From assembly GCA_043750125.1 (NCBI GenBank), contig JAYVCD010000420.1, positions 1-39,529 of the forward strand: a stretch of DNA of 39,529 bases, given 5' to 3'. The position numbers were made by a program, and so were the translations under genes. The notes beneath the pieces were generated by a model that was given only the letters and a program-made list of their open reading frames with translations, was not told the DNA's origin and searched no databases. The stretch is from Archangiaceae bacterium (GTDB lineage: Bacteria; Myxococcota; Myxococcia; Myxococcales; Myxococcaceae). Below, piece by piece: positions 25,479 through 35,327 of the stretch (positions are counted from its first letter, which is position 1; each line of letters starts with the position of its first letter).

Positions 25479-26927
25479 GTGAAGCGCGCTCTGCTCCTCA
25501 CCGGCCTGGCCCTGCTCGCCTCGTGCCGCCCGCCGAGCACCGTCGCCGTTCGGCCCCAGCTGGTTCTCCCCGCCAGCGAGCTGGACTTCGGAATCGTGCC
25601 CGTCCTCAATCAGAAGACGCTCGAGATTCCCCTGGTCAACGCCGGTCGCGCCGACCTCGAGATCCAGTCCGTCAAGCTCAAGGACTCCGACGGGATCTTC
25701 ACCCTCCTCAGCGCCGCTTCAAAAGTCGTCGCCGGCGAAACCGCGAACCTGACCGTGAAGTTCCTCCCGCTCAAAGAGCAGGACTACTCCAACACCCTTC
25801 TCCTTCAGAGCAACGACGAATCCAACCCCGAGATCGAGGTGAAGCTCCTGGGCAAGGGCAGCACCCGCGCGGTGATGCAGGTCGACCCGATGGTGCTCGA
25901 CTTCGGTCGGATTCCCGAGTGCAGCGCGGCGGTGAAGACCTTCACCATCACCAGCAAGGGCACCGCAGATTTGATCGTCGAAGAGCTGTCCTTCACCGAG
26001 GGCTCGAGCCCCGCCTTCAGCTTCGTCGGCAGCTCGAAGACCCCCGCGGTCGTGAAGTTCAAAGACGCCAATGGGCTGCCGGGAAAAATTCAGCTCACCG
26101 TGAAGCTCACCGTCGTTCCCGGCGCGACCGGCATGGTGATGGGAGGAATCAAGATTCGCGGCACCGACCCCGACAACCGCGAGCTCGTCCTGCAGCTGAA
26201 GGCCGAAGTGAACCGGGCCCCGGTGCCGATGATTTCTCCACTCGGCAACGGAGCTCCCGGCCTGACCATCGCCCTCGATGGCACCGGCAGCGTCGACCCC
26301 GACGCCGACAACCCGCTCGTCTACAAGTGGACGATGCGCAGCAAGCCTCTCTCGAGCGACACCGACTTCCTCGCCGCCGATGCCGCGATGACTTCGATGC
26401 GCCTGGACCCCCTCGTCCCCGGTGCGTACGAGGTGCAGCTCGATGTCACCGATTCGCAGGGGGTGAAGAACTGTCAGCCCGCGCGGGCCACGGTGGTCGC
26501 CACTCCGGCGCAGAAGCTGCTGGTCGAGATGTTCTGGGACAACTCGAAGACCGACATCGACCTTCACGTGCTCAAGACCGTCACCGCCAAAGTGGGAATG
26601 GCGCCCGACGATGTTTACTATGCAAACCCCGCACCCGATTGGGGGCAGCCGGGGGTGCTCGATGATCCCGCGTTCATTCGCGATGCGCTCACCGGCTACG
26701 GCCCCGAGCTGTTCGGGTACGTCAACCCGATTGACACCACCTACCGACTGGTCGCCGAGTTCGCCAACGAGCACCTGGATCCCAACCCGAAGAGCAAGGT
26801 CACCGTGCGCGTGTACTTGTATGGAGTGGTGAAGGGCGAGTTCACCCGCACCCTCGAGAAGGCCGGCAACCGGTGGATCGTCGCCGACGTGACCTGGCCT
26901 TCCGGCGTCATCACCGCTCAGCCATGA
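25479..26927 (+). CDS. Lipoprotein with two ASH/choice-of-anchor-D-like Ig domains, a PKD-like domain and a DxDLH C-terminal domain
   Basis: GTG 1 nt after the previous stop; lipobox LASC; LDFG..NAG.A.L.I...SND repeats; LDGTGSVDPD..Y.W; W....DIDLH..YYANP...D...GYGPE. Confidence 0.8.
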   Translation: MKRALLLTGLALLASCRPPSTVAVRPQLVLPASELDFGIVPVLNQKTLEIPLVNAGRADLEIQSVKLKDSDGIFTLLSAASKVVAGETANLTVKFLPLKEQDYSNTLLLQSNDESNPEIEVKLLGKGSTRAVMQVDPMVLDFGRIPECSAAVKTFTITSKGTADLIVEELSFTEGSSPAFSFVGSSKTPAVVKFKDANGLPGKIQLTVKLTVVPGATGMVMGGIKIRGTDPDNRELVLQLKAEVNRAPVPMISPLGNGAPGLTIALDGTGSVDPDADNPLVYKWTMRSKPLSSDTDFLAADAAMTSMRLDPLVPGAYEVQLDVTDSQGVKNCQPARATVVATPAQKLLVEMFWDNSKTDIDLHVLKTVTAKVGMAPDDVYYANPAPDWGQPGVLDDPAFIRDALTGYGPELFGYVNPIDTTYRLVAEFANEHLDPNPKSKVTVRVYLYGVVKGEFTRTLEKAGNRWIVADVTWPSGVITAQP

Positions 26928-28366
26928 ACCGCGCCCTGCTGCTGAGCCTGGTGTTCCTCGCCGGCTGTCCTCACGTCACGACCGGGACCGACGCGGGGCG
27001 CCCTCCCGAGTGCACCAGCCGCGAGCAATGCTCCCCTGGGAAAATCTGCACTTCTCAGCAGTACTGCGAGAGCTGCGAGTCGTCGGGCCAGTGCCGCACC
27101 AAAGAGCTCTGCGAGCCGATGACCCGGCTGTGCGCGCTGCGCCCGGGGTGGGGGGCAGACTGCTCCACCAACGAGCAGTGCCAGGCGGGCAGCTGGTGCA
27201 AGCAGGGCCTGTGCGTCGACCGGGCCGACGTTCACCTGTGCCCCGGCGGTCTCAACTCCGAATGTCCGCAAGGCAACCGCTGCAACACCCTCACCAGCGT
27301 CTGCGAGGAAGACCTGGGCTGCTCCGATGACTTCGACTGCTCTGCCGCAGAAGTCTGCAACACCGGCAGCCGCGCCTGCGTGCCCCGCTGCACCGTCGAA
27401 ACCCAGGCCGATGTCTGTGCTCCCACCGAGAAGTGCGTCGGCACCAAGTGCGTCCAGTGCTCCACCGACGCCGAGTGTGGAACCGGGCTCAAGTGCGACG
27501 CCGCCGGAAAATGCAGCTCGCCCACCCGCTGCTATACCGACCGCGACTGCAAGGTGCCGCTCGTCTGCTTCGCTCAAATCGGAGCCTGCGTCGTCAAGCC
27601 GCCCCCCTGCGTCAGCGACGACAACTGCGCCGCAGACAAGCGCTGCGACGTGAGCGCAGGCAAGTGCGTCTCGCGAGCCTGTCAGCCCGACCGGTACGAG
27701 CCGAACAACGAGCTCGCCAAGGCCTACGCCGTCGCGCCCATTCGCTACGACAACCTCACCCTGTGCCCAGGCGACGTCGATTGGTACAGCATCACGCTCG
27801 CCCGCGGAGATCAGCTGGGCGTCAACCTCGAGGCGGACCCCTTCAGCGAGAACAACTTCTCGACGGTCATCAAAGACGCCACCAGCAGGACCTTGAAGTC
27901 GGGAAAATTGCTCGTCAGCTACGTCGCCTCGGCCCCCCAGAAATATTACGTCGTCGTCAGCACCCTCGACCCCGTCCAGCCCTACGACGTTACGTTCCTG
28001 CTCTCGCGCGGCATTCCGTGTGACGACGACAGCCACGAGCCCAACGACGACAGCACCGCGCCCACCGCGTTCAACCTCGGGACCAGCCTCGAGGGCGCCA
28101 TCTGCCCCCAGGACCAGGACTGGTTCCGCGTCTCCGTTCCCGCCGGCAAGGGCCTCAAGGCTTCGTTTGCCAATTACGACTCGAGCAAGGGCCTGCTGCG
28201 GCTGTGCGGCTTCGATGGGTTGATCGCTTTGGGGTGCGACGATTCGACGGCTCCCGCAGTGACGGTGAGCGCCGCCGCCGTCGGTGGAAAGCAGGTGTTG
28301 TTGCGCGTGGTGGGCTCGACGGATCGCGCGGCCAATGCGTACACGTTGAAAGTGGAGTTCTTATGA
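26924..28366 (+). CDS. Cys-rich lipoprotein with two PPC-like C-terminal domains
   Basis: ATGA overlap; lipobox LAGC; repeated C....C.....C units; D.YEPNN/D.HEPND followed by C.GDVDWY and C.QDQDWF. Confidence 0.82.
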   Translation: MNRALLLSLVFLAGCPHVTTGTDAGRPPECTSREQCSPGKICTSQQYCESCESSGQCRTKELCEPMTRLCALRPGWGADCSTNEQCQAGSWCKQGLCVDRADVHLCPGGLNSECPQGNRCNTLTSVCEEDLGCSDDFDCSAAEVCNTGSRACVPRCTVETQADVCAPTEKCVGTKCVQCSTDAECGTGLKCDAAGKCSSPTRCYTDRDCKVPLVCFAQIGACVVKPPPCVSDDNCAADKRCDVSAGKCVSRACQPDRYEPNNELAKAYAVAPIRYDNLTLCPGDVDWYSITLARGDQLGVNLEADPFSENNFSTVIKDATSRTLKSGKLLVSYVASAPQKYYVVVSTLDPVQPYDVTFLLSRGIPCDDDSHEPNDDSTAPTAFNLGTSLEGAICPQDQDWFRVSVPAGKGLKASFANYDSSKGLLRLCGFDGLIALGCDDSTAPAVTVSAAAVGGKQVLLRVVGSTDRAANAYTLKVEFL

Positions 28367-31300
28367 TCTCGCTTCCTCGTTTGACCGGCCCGTTGTCCCT
28401 GGCCTGCCTGCTCGCCCTCGGAGTGTCCGGTTGCTCGTGCGGCCCCCGGCCGATCGTCATCGTCGACGCCGGCCCCACCGACGCTGGCCTCGATGCCGGG
28501 GAAACCGACGCCGGCCTCGACGCCGGCCCGGACGCAGGTCCCGTCGACGCCGGCCCCCCGCCGGTCTTGAGGATTCTCAAAGTGCTGCCTCCCCGCGGAG
28601 GCTCTGCCGGGGGAACCAACGTCCTGCTCCAGGGCACCGGCTTCCTGCGCGATTTTTCCATCCGCGGCACCGAAGCGAAGAAGGTCACCAGCCTCAAGTT
28701 CGGGTCGAACTCGGTCATCGACTACCAGATCATCGACGACGAGACGCTCGAGCTGCGTTCACCCCCGGGCGCCGCCGGCCCCGCCCACGTGGTGATGACC
28801 AACCCGCTGGGCACCTTCACCTGCAACAGCTGCTTCACCTACTTCGATGAGCTGATCGTCAACGGCATCACCCCGAAAGAAGGGCCGCTCGCCGGCGGCA
28901 ACGAAGTCACGCTCGACGGCCAGGGCTTCACCCCCGACGTGGAAGTCTTGTTCGGCGTCTTTTCCTCACCCCAGGTCACCTTCGTCTCGAGCAAGCAGCT
29001 GAAGGTACTCGTCCCGCGCGGGCAGCAGGCCGATCTCGTCGACCTCACCGTCTACAACAAGAACGGCGTCGCCAACGCCCGCCGCGTCTACCAGTACTTC
29101 GACGACCTCCGCATCAAGGCCGTCGCTCCTTTGACCGGGCCCCTGGGCGGAGGCACCGCCGTCACTCTCACAGGCACCGGCTTCTCGTCCGTCGCGTCGG
29201 TCAAGTTCGGCGGCGTCGACGCGGCGTCCTTCACCGTCCTCTCCGATACCGGGCTCACCGCCGTCAGCCCGCCCGGCACCGCGGTCGGCGCAGTCGATCT
29301 CCTCGTCGTCACCCCGCTTCAGAGTTGGACGGCGAAGAAGGCCTTCACCTACTTCAACCCCGCCGGCAGCTTCTCGGTGTTCTCCGTCTTTCCCCATGTC
29401 GCCCGCCCCGGCGACACCGTCACCCTCACCGGCCAGGCGCTGGATTCCGCGGGACTGTCCGTGACCTTCAGTGGCGTCCCCGCGATCGTCGGGACCCGAA
29501 CTTTCTCGACCGCCGTCCTCACCGTCCCCGCGCGCGGCGCCGCTGCCCGAAAGTCCGACGTGCTCGCCACCGCCGGTGCATTCACCGCCAACCTGCCCCA
29601 GGGCTTCAGCTGGCGCCTGGGCCTCCTCTCCGTCGTTCCCGACTTCGGCCCTGCCGTCGGTGGAACCCCGGTCGCCGTCACCGGTTCGGCGCTGCCGGCC
29701 GACGCTGAAATTTTCTTCGGCGCTCAAAAGGGCACCGCGACCACCGTCAGCTCAGAGACCGCGCTGGCCGTGACCACCCCCCCCGGCTCGGGGGGCTTTG
29801 CCAGCGACCTCAAGGTCCGCGAAGCCGCCGACCCTGAAAACGAAGCCGTGCTCAAGGCTTCGTTTACCTTCGAAGAGCCCCTGTCCATCGGTCGGGTCCA
29901 ACCCGAACGGGGAGCCATCGCCGGCAACACGCTCGTCACCGTCCTCGGGGCGGGCTTCCGTGACGGTGTCACCATTTCCTTCGGGCCGAACAAAGCCAAA
30001 GACGTGAAGGTCGTCGACAGCCACACGGTCACCTGCCGCACCCCCAAAGGTCAGAACGCCGGAGTGGTCGACGTGCAGGTCAATCGCCTCACCGCCCACG
30101 ACGAGCTGGCCGGCGGGTTTTCCTACTACGACCCGCGCAGCATATCGGGCGGACTGTCCGGCGGCCCGCTGGTCGGCACCCTGAACATCAGCGTCCTCGA
30201 TGCCACCCGGGGCTTTTATGGAGCGCCGGTTCCCCTCGCGACCGTGATGCTCGGCATCGACGTGGCCACGCCCTTCCAGGGGCTCACCGACGCCCGCGGC
30301 CAGCTGACCTTCTCCGATGCCTCCCTGGTCAAAGCCCAGGTGGTCACCATCTTCAAGGACGGCTACGAGTCGGCGACGGTCACCAACGTCAACGCCGAGA
30401 ACCTGACCGTTTTCATCAGCCGCACCAGCGCGGGCGAGGGAAACCCCGGCAATCCACCGCCCAGTCCTCCCCATTCGCAGATTTCGGGGCGAGTCACCGG
30501 CTTCAAGCCGCCGCGCGCGCTCGCGATGAACGAAAAGCTCGAGGCCCGTGTGTTCGTGGCCACCTCTTCGCTCTTCAGTGGCCCTCCGCTGGGCGGAACT
30601 CCGAGCAAGGCCGGTGAGAAGTGGCAGGTCGTCACCGAAGGGGGCGATTACCTCGTCTTCACCAACGCCGGGCTCCACGCCACTTATGCGGTCCTGGGCA
30701 TCGCGAACGTGGCCGCCGCGTCGTTCACGCCCTTCCTGATGGGAGTCCGCCGCGCCATCACCACCTCGCCCGACAGCCCGGCCGTGAACAAGGACATCAT
30801 CCTCGACATGCATCTGGATCTGACGGTGCCGGTGACCATCGACTCGCCCCTGATGTTCCCCGGACTGGTGTTTCCCGAGCCGGGCACCAACTCGGTCTAC
30901 GCCTGGCTGGACCTCGGCGCAGAAGGCTTCGTGCCCAACCCCAACAACTGGGGCAGCGGCACCGCGCCCAGCTCTTCGGTCTCGAGCACCGCGACCACCC
31001 AGAACTTCCCCAACTTCCCCCGCCTCGACGGAACCAACTTCATCTTCTTGAACGAGTGCGCGGGGACCCAGAACTATCCGGTCAGCTACTACTTTCGTCG
31101 CCAACCCGGAGACCTGTCCCTGGGCGTCACCATCGGGCCGATGCTGCCCGCTCCCGAAATCACTCAGCCCACCACCCTCTTCACCGGCACCCTGGCGTGG
31201 ACCCTCGCGCCCGGACCCACCGCCGACATCCACCAGGTCCAAATCGTCAAGCAGACCCCGGCGGGGAACTTGACCCTCTGGAGCGTGGTGCTGCCCGGCA

Positions 31301-31494
31301 ACGAGACCCAGGTCGTGCTGCCCGCCCCCGCGGTCACCAAGCTGCGCAACGAGGAAGCAGGCAACGCGCTGTTCGTCGTCATCTACTCGAGCCGCTCACC
31401 GAAGTTCGCCTACAACCAGTGGACCTACGACACGCTCTCGGGCGTGAGCTGGTCGAGCTTCACGTTCTCGGTGAGCCCCCCCTTCACCCCGTGA
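28363..31494 (+). CDS. Large IPT/TIG-repeat lipoprotein
   Basis: ATGA overlap; signal ending VSGCSC; DAG linker; about six P..G...GG..V...G.GF IPT units; C-terminal beta-rich domain. Confidence 0.87.
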   Translation: MISLPRLTGPLSLACLLALGVSGCSCGPRPIVIVDAGPTDAGLDAGETDAGLDAGPDAGPVDAGPPPVLRILKVLPPRGGSAGGTNVLLQGTGFLRDFSIRGTEAKKVTSLKFGSNSVIDYQIIDDETLELRSPPGAAGPAHVVMTNPLGTFTCNSCFTYFDELIVNGITPKEGPLAGGNEVTLDGQGFTPDVEVLFGVFSSPQVTFVSSKQLKVLVPRGQQADLVDLTVYNKNGVANARRVYQYFDDLRIKAVAPLTGPLGGGTAVTLTGTGFSSVASVKFGGVDAASFTVLSDTGLTAVSPPGTAVGAVDLLVVTPLQSWTAKKAFTYFNPAGSFSVFSVFPHVARPGDTVTLTGQALDSAGLSVTFSGVPAIVGTRTFSTAVLTVPARGAAARKSDVLATAGAFTANLPQGFSWRLGLLSVVPDFGPAVGGTPVAVTGSALPADAEIFFGAQKGTATTVSSETALAVTTPPGSGGFASDLKVREAADPENEAVLKASFTFEEPLSIGRVQPERGAIAGNTLVTVLGAGFRDGVTISFGPNKAKDVKVVDSHTVTCRTPKGQNAGVVDVQVNRLTAHDELAGGFSYYDPRSISGGLSGGPLVGTLNISVLDATRGFYGAPVPLATVMLGIDVATPFQGLTDARGQLTFSDASLVKAQVVTIFKDGYESATVTNVNAENLTVFISRTSAGEGNPGNPPPSPPHSQISGRVTGFKPPRALAMNEKLEARVFVATSSLFSGPPLGGTPSKAGEKWQVVTEGGDYLVFTNAGLHATYAVLGIANVAAASFTPFLMGVRRAITTSPDSPAVNKDIILDMHLDLTVPVTIDSPLMFPGLVFPEPGTNSVYAWLDLGAEGFVPNPNNWGSGTAPSSSVSSTATTQNFPNFPRLDGTNFIFLNECAGTQNYPVSYYFRRQPGDLSLGVTIGPMLPAPEITQPTTLFTGTLAWTLAPGPTADIHQVQIVKQTPAGNLTLWSVVLPGNETQVVLPAPAVTKLRNEEAGNALFVVIYSSRSPKFAYNQWTYDTLSGVSWSSFTFSVSPPFTP

Positions 31495-32624
31495 GAGCTC
31501 GCGCGGTCCTCTGCTGCCTGTTGTTCGCGCTGCCCGGCTGTCGGAAGGCGACCGTCAAGCCCGCGGGCTGCTTCGTGGACAAAGACTGCGGAGATCCCGC
31601 CTCGGCCTTCCGATGCGAGAGCCAGACTGGGGAATGTTATTGCCGCACCAACGACGCGTGCCAGTCGCGCGAGTTCTGCAACGCCGTCGGGTTCTGTCAG
31701 GACCGCAGCGGCTGCGAGAAGAACGCCGACTGTCTCGACGCTTCGCTCTTCTGCGACACCACCACCGGCACCTGCCTGGGAAGAGGCCGCTGCTCCATCG
31801 ACCTGCAGTGCGAGCTCGGACAAATCTGCGACACCGTTCGAGCCACCTGCGTCCCCGGTTGCCGCAGCAGCGGAGACTGCCGCGGAAGCTCGTGCCGCTG
31901 TGGGGAAGGCCCCTGCGTCTGTGCTAGGACCACGCCGGCCCAAGTGGCCTTGTGCCCAGTGGGGGAGTGCGACCCGAACTTCTGCGCCGACAACAGCTTC
32001 TGCAAATTCGGAGAGACCTGCGGAGCCCCCGCCGACGCCGGCATGGTGCGCAACGCCTGCTACAGTGACTACGACAACGACCGCCGACCGTACTGCGACA
32101 ACTGCAGCTTCGGAGGCGGGACCAGCGTCTGCGGAACCGGTGCCAACTACTGCCTCATCGACACTGCGAACCCGGGCAATTCCTACTGCGGCACCGATTG
32201 CGCCGAAGGCCAGTCCTGCCCCCGTGGGTACGCGTGCAGCGATGTGATCGTCGTCTTCACTCAATGGGCCTGCACCAAATCCAACCCCAGCTGTCCGGCC
32301 AACGCGGCGCTGCCCTGCGTGCGTGACGAAGAGTGCAAGCGAGGCGGCTACTGTTCGAAGTTGCCCGGCCAGGCCGCCGGCACCTGTGCAGGCCGCTGCG
32401 GAATCGATGAAGGGGACACCACCGGGTTCTGCTCCTGTCAGGTCGATTCAGATTGTGCGCAGGAAACCTGCAGCGCCGGCGAGTGCAGCATCAGCCGGAA
32501 GAAGTGCGTCACCGAGCAGGACTGCCGGCCGATTCGCTGCGTCGACTTCCAGGGCGGTGGGGGCTGTTTGATCGGGCAGAACTGCGCGCCCGCGAACGGG
32601 CTGTCGTGCCTGCAAGTGCGTTGA
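31491..32624 (+). CDS. Very Cys-rich lipoprotein
   Basis: GTGA overlap; lipobox LPGC; Cys repeats throughout. The upstream part of the tracked ORF is an alternate frame of the IPT gene. Confidence 0.82.
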   Translation: MRARAVLCCLLFALPGCRKATVKPAGCFVDKDCGDPASAFRCESQTGECYCRTNDACQSREFCNAVGFCQDRSGCEKNADCLDASLFCDTTTGTCLGRGRCSIDLQCELGQICDTVRATCVPGCRSSGDCRGSSCRCGEGPCVCARTTPAQVALCPVGECDPNFCADNSFCKFGETCGAPADAGMVRNACYSDYDNDRRPYCDNCSFGGGTSVCGTGANYCLIDTANPGNSYCGTDCAEGQSCPRGYACSDVIVVFTQWACTKSNPSCPANAALPCVRDEECKRGGYCSKLPGQAAGTCAGRCGIDEGDTTGFCSCQVDSDCAQETCSAGECSISRKKCVTEQDCRPIRCVDFQGGGGCLIGQNCAPANGLSCLQVR

Positions 32625-33031
32625 TGCGCTCGGCGCTGCTCGGCTTGTTGCTGCTCGGTTGCAAAAGCGGCAGCTCGACCTTCGACACCCGAAGCTTCGA
32701 TCTGAAGTCCAAAGCCTTGAAGGTCGCGATGTTGAAAGACTTCATGGCCTCGCCCACCGTTCCGGACGACGTAGAATTTCACCTCGTCCTTCACGGCGAC
32801 TCGGACTTCAAGGCGGCCGTGAAGATCAAGCCCGACGACGTCCCGAAGTGGGCCGACGGCTGCATCGCCGCACGGCTCGAAGTGCGTCCTTCATGGGTCG
32901 AGCCGCTGCTGCGCAACAAGCTGGGCTGGTCCGTCTCGAGCCAGCCCGACACCTACCGCTGTGGGCGCGAAGAGCGGGTCATTCATGTCCACGAAGGCGT
33001 CATCTTCCGGCGAATCGTTACCGAAAACTGA
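32624..33031 (+). CDS. Small lipoprotein, hypothetical
   Basis: TGATG overlap; MRSALLGLLLLGC lipobox. Confidence 0.72.
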   Translation: MRSALLGLLLLGCKSGSSTFDTRSFDLKSKALKVAMLKDFMASPTVPDDVEFHLVLHGDSDFKAAVKIKPDDVPKWADGCIAARLEVRPSWVEPLLRNKLGWSVSSQPDTYRCGREERVIHVHEGVIFRRIVTEN

Positions 33032-33033
33032 AA

Positions 33034-34716
33034 TTACAGCACCTGCACGTGGACCTTCGGGGCGCGCCAATCGACGGCGGCCTCAATCACCCGACCCATC
33101 CGCAACAGCAGATGCTCTTCGTAGGGCCGGGCCATCAACTGCACCCCGACCGGAAGGCCGCCTCCGTCGTAGCCTGCGGGTACCGAGATCGCAGGAAAGC
33201 CGGTCAGGTTTCCCTGCCGCACGAACCGCATCAATGAATCCACCACCGGATGATTCGATTCGCCCAGAGGCAGCGCGCTCTCGTTGATCAAAGGCGCAGT
33301 CACCGCGCACGTTGGAGTCACCATCGCGTCGACCGTTTTCATCTGAGCAATCAATTCCCGGGTGATCAGGTGGCGATGCCTCATCGCGTGCACGTAGTCG
33401 GTCGACCGGAAGTAGCGGCCGATCGCCAGGTTGGCTCGGGTGTCGTAACCGAATCGGCTCACGTCCTTCTCGGTATGCGGCAGCATCGCCGCCGCCATCT
33501 CAGAGAGGATGATTACCCCCAGCGACCACAGCAGCGTGTTCATGTCGGGCGGGGGCAACTCGACCAGGGTCACTCCGGCCTCGACGAGAATTCGAAGTGC
33601 GTCCTGGCACCGGGTGACGACCGAAGCATCGGCGTCCTCAAAATAGGGTCGGCAGATCCCGAGCCGGATTCCCTTCAGCGAGGTCTGGGTAAAGCCAGAC
33701 AAGTGCACGCTCGACTGCCGCTGGGTTGACGGGTCTGCCGCATCCGGTCCGGCGATCGTCGCGTACGCCGCGGCCACGTCGGCGACCGTGAGGCCAATCG
33801 GCCCCAGGTGCCCCGGGGTCCAGCACAGCGGCGGCACTCCAGCCTCGCTGATTCGACCCCAGGTGGCTTTGAGCCCCACGACTCCGCACAACGAAGACGG
33901 AATTCGAATCGAGCCACCCCCATCGAGGCCAATCGCGATGGGCACCAGCCCCGCGGCAACGACCGCCGACGAGCCACTCGAAGAGCCTCCGCAGATGCGG
34001 GTGCGGTCGTACGGATTGCGACACACCCCATGGTGGGGGTTGAGGCCGATCGGGTTGATCCCGATCTCATTCATGTTGGCCTTCCCGAGGATGATCGCTC
34101 CCGCCGCCTTCAGCCGTGCCACCACCGTCGAGTCTCGTGAGGCGGGCGTGTTCAGGAACGACGTGCCCAGCGTGGTCGCAAAGCCCTCGAGGTCCACCTC
34201 GTCCTTCACCACCACCGGCACTCCGTCGAACGGCGAGAGCGCCTGCCCTTTTTTCAGCCGTTCGGCAGATTTCTCGGCCGCGTTCAGCACCTCATCGGGC
34301 TTGCGTGAAATGAAGAAGGCCATCCGGTCTGGGCCGTGGTCCAACCGCTCGATGTGCTGGTGAAGCATTCGAACCACCTGCACCGGGTCGGTTTTTCCGC
34401 CTCGGTAGGCTTCACCGAAGGCAGCCACCGTCTGCAGCCGAAGTCCCTTGCCGGTCGGCGCGGCCTCCACCGCTTCGCGGGCCAGCTCAACGGGCGCTCG
34501 GGCGGCGGGCGCATCCGGGTCCAACGGCAAGGGCACGGCGATCACCGACGCGTCCCGGGCTGGGGTCTGCCGGAAATCGTCCAGTCCGCTGTCCCGGGTG
34601 ACTTTCGCCAGCAAAGTCGAGCCCAACGCACCCGACTCGAGCGCGGTGACGAAGGCACGCAGCGCGACTCCGGACACGCGGGGGGCTGTCACGGGGCGAC
34701 GGGTGTAGGGGGCCAT
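33034..34716 (-). CDS. Amidase-signature family hydrolase, plant fatty-acid-amide-hydrolase-like
   Basis: Ser-cisSer-Lys motifs VVKD, GGSSSGS, DGGGSIRIP; GKANMNE; NLTGFPAISVPAG..LPVGVQL. Confidence 0.92.
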   Translation of the reverse strand: MAPYTRRPVTAPRVSGVALRAFVTALESGALGSTLLAKVTRDSGLDDFRQTPARDASVIAVPLPLDPDAPAARAPVELAREAVEAAPTGKGLRLQTVAAFGEAYRGGKTDPVQVVRMLHQHIERLDHGPDRMAFFISRKPDEVLNAAEKSAERLKKGQALSPFDGVPVVVKDEVDLEGFATTLGTSFLNTPASRDSTVVARLKAAGAIILGKANMNEIGINPIGLNPHHGVCRNPYDRTRICGGSSSGSSAVVAAGLVPIAIGLDGGGSIRIPSSLCGVVGLKATWGRISEAGVPPLCWTPGHLGPIGLTVADVAAAYATIAGPDAADPSTQRQSSVHLSGFTQTSLKGIRLGICRPYFEDADASVVTRCQDALRILVEAGVTLVELPPPDMNTLLWSLGVIILSEMAAAMLPHTEKDVSRFGYDTRANLAIGRYFRSTDYVHAMRHRHLITRELIAQMKTVDAMVTPTCAVTAPLINESALPLGESNHPVVDSLMRFVRQGNLTGFPAISVPAGYDGGGLPVGVQLMARPYEEHLLLRMGRVIEAAVDWRAPKVHVQVL

Positions 34717-34753
34717 GGGTGAATAAACCCTCACCCGGACCGTCTTGGAAAGA

Positions 34754-35221
34754 ATGAAAACGAACCTGATTGGACTCGCAGTGTCAGCAATGGCGCTGAC
34801 TTCCTTTTCGGCTTTTGCGGATCACGACGACGACGACGGTGTCGAGGTTTCGGTGGGTTGGGACGACCCGAACCCGGCGCCTTGTGACCATGACGCCAGC
34901 CCGGTCATCGCACCGCAGCCGGCTGCCCGGGCCGATGGCCGCTACGAGCTGCGCCAGACCCAGAACTGGATCCCCGCCCGCTACGAGCAGGTAACCGTCC
35001 AGCAATGCCGGGAACACCACCATGGGGGTTGGCACCACGAAGGACGGGAGCACTGCTACCCAGTGACTGAGACCCGCCTGATCCCCGGCTATTACCAGAC
35101 GGTACAGCAGTGGGTGTGGGTCCCCATCTACCCGCAGTACCAGCAGTACAGCCAGTACCCGGGACACCGCCCCCCGATGTTTGGTCAGGGCCGCGTCGGG
35201 TTTCGCTTCGGTACCCGCTGA
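34754..35221 (+). CDS. Small exported His/Tyr/Gln-rich hypothetical protein
   Basis: Signal peptide ending AFA; GRYEL...WIP..YEQV and PGYYQTVQQWVWVP motifs; followed by a terminator. Confidence 0.75.
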   Translation: MKTNLIGLAVSAMALTSFSAFADHDDDDGVEVSVGWDDPNPAPCDHDASPVIAPQPAARADGRYELRQTQNWIPARYEQVTVQQCREHHHGGWHHEGREHCYPVTETRLIPGYYQTVQQWVWVPIYPQYQQYSQYPGHRPPMFGQGRVGFRFGTR

Positions 35222-35252
35222 AAAGACCGAAGTTCCCAGCCGCCAAGCACCG

Positions 35253-35288
35253 AACGCCTCTTTCCAGTTCCTTGGAAAGAGGCGTTTT
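35253..35288 (+). terminator. Intrinsic terminator
   Basis: Perfect 14-bp inverted repeat AACGCCTCTTTCCA/TGGAAAGAGGCGTT with a 6-nt loop, running into T residues. Confidence 0.8.
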
Positions 35289-35327
35289 GCGTTGCGGGGG
35301 GCCACAGTGCGCTAAAACCCCACTGTC

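Noticed and set aside
30621-31490. N-terminal extension of the tracked 667-aa ORF
   Set aside because: It overlaps the IPT gene out of frame; the lipoprotein signal begins at GTG 31491.
33034-34716. Calling the amidase gatA
   Set aside because: There are no gatB/gatC neighbours, it has a long FAAH-like N-terminal extension, and DGGGS replaces the GatA-type DTGGS.
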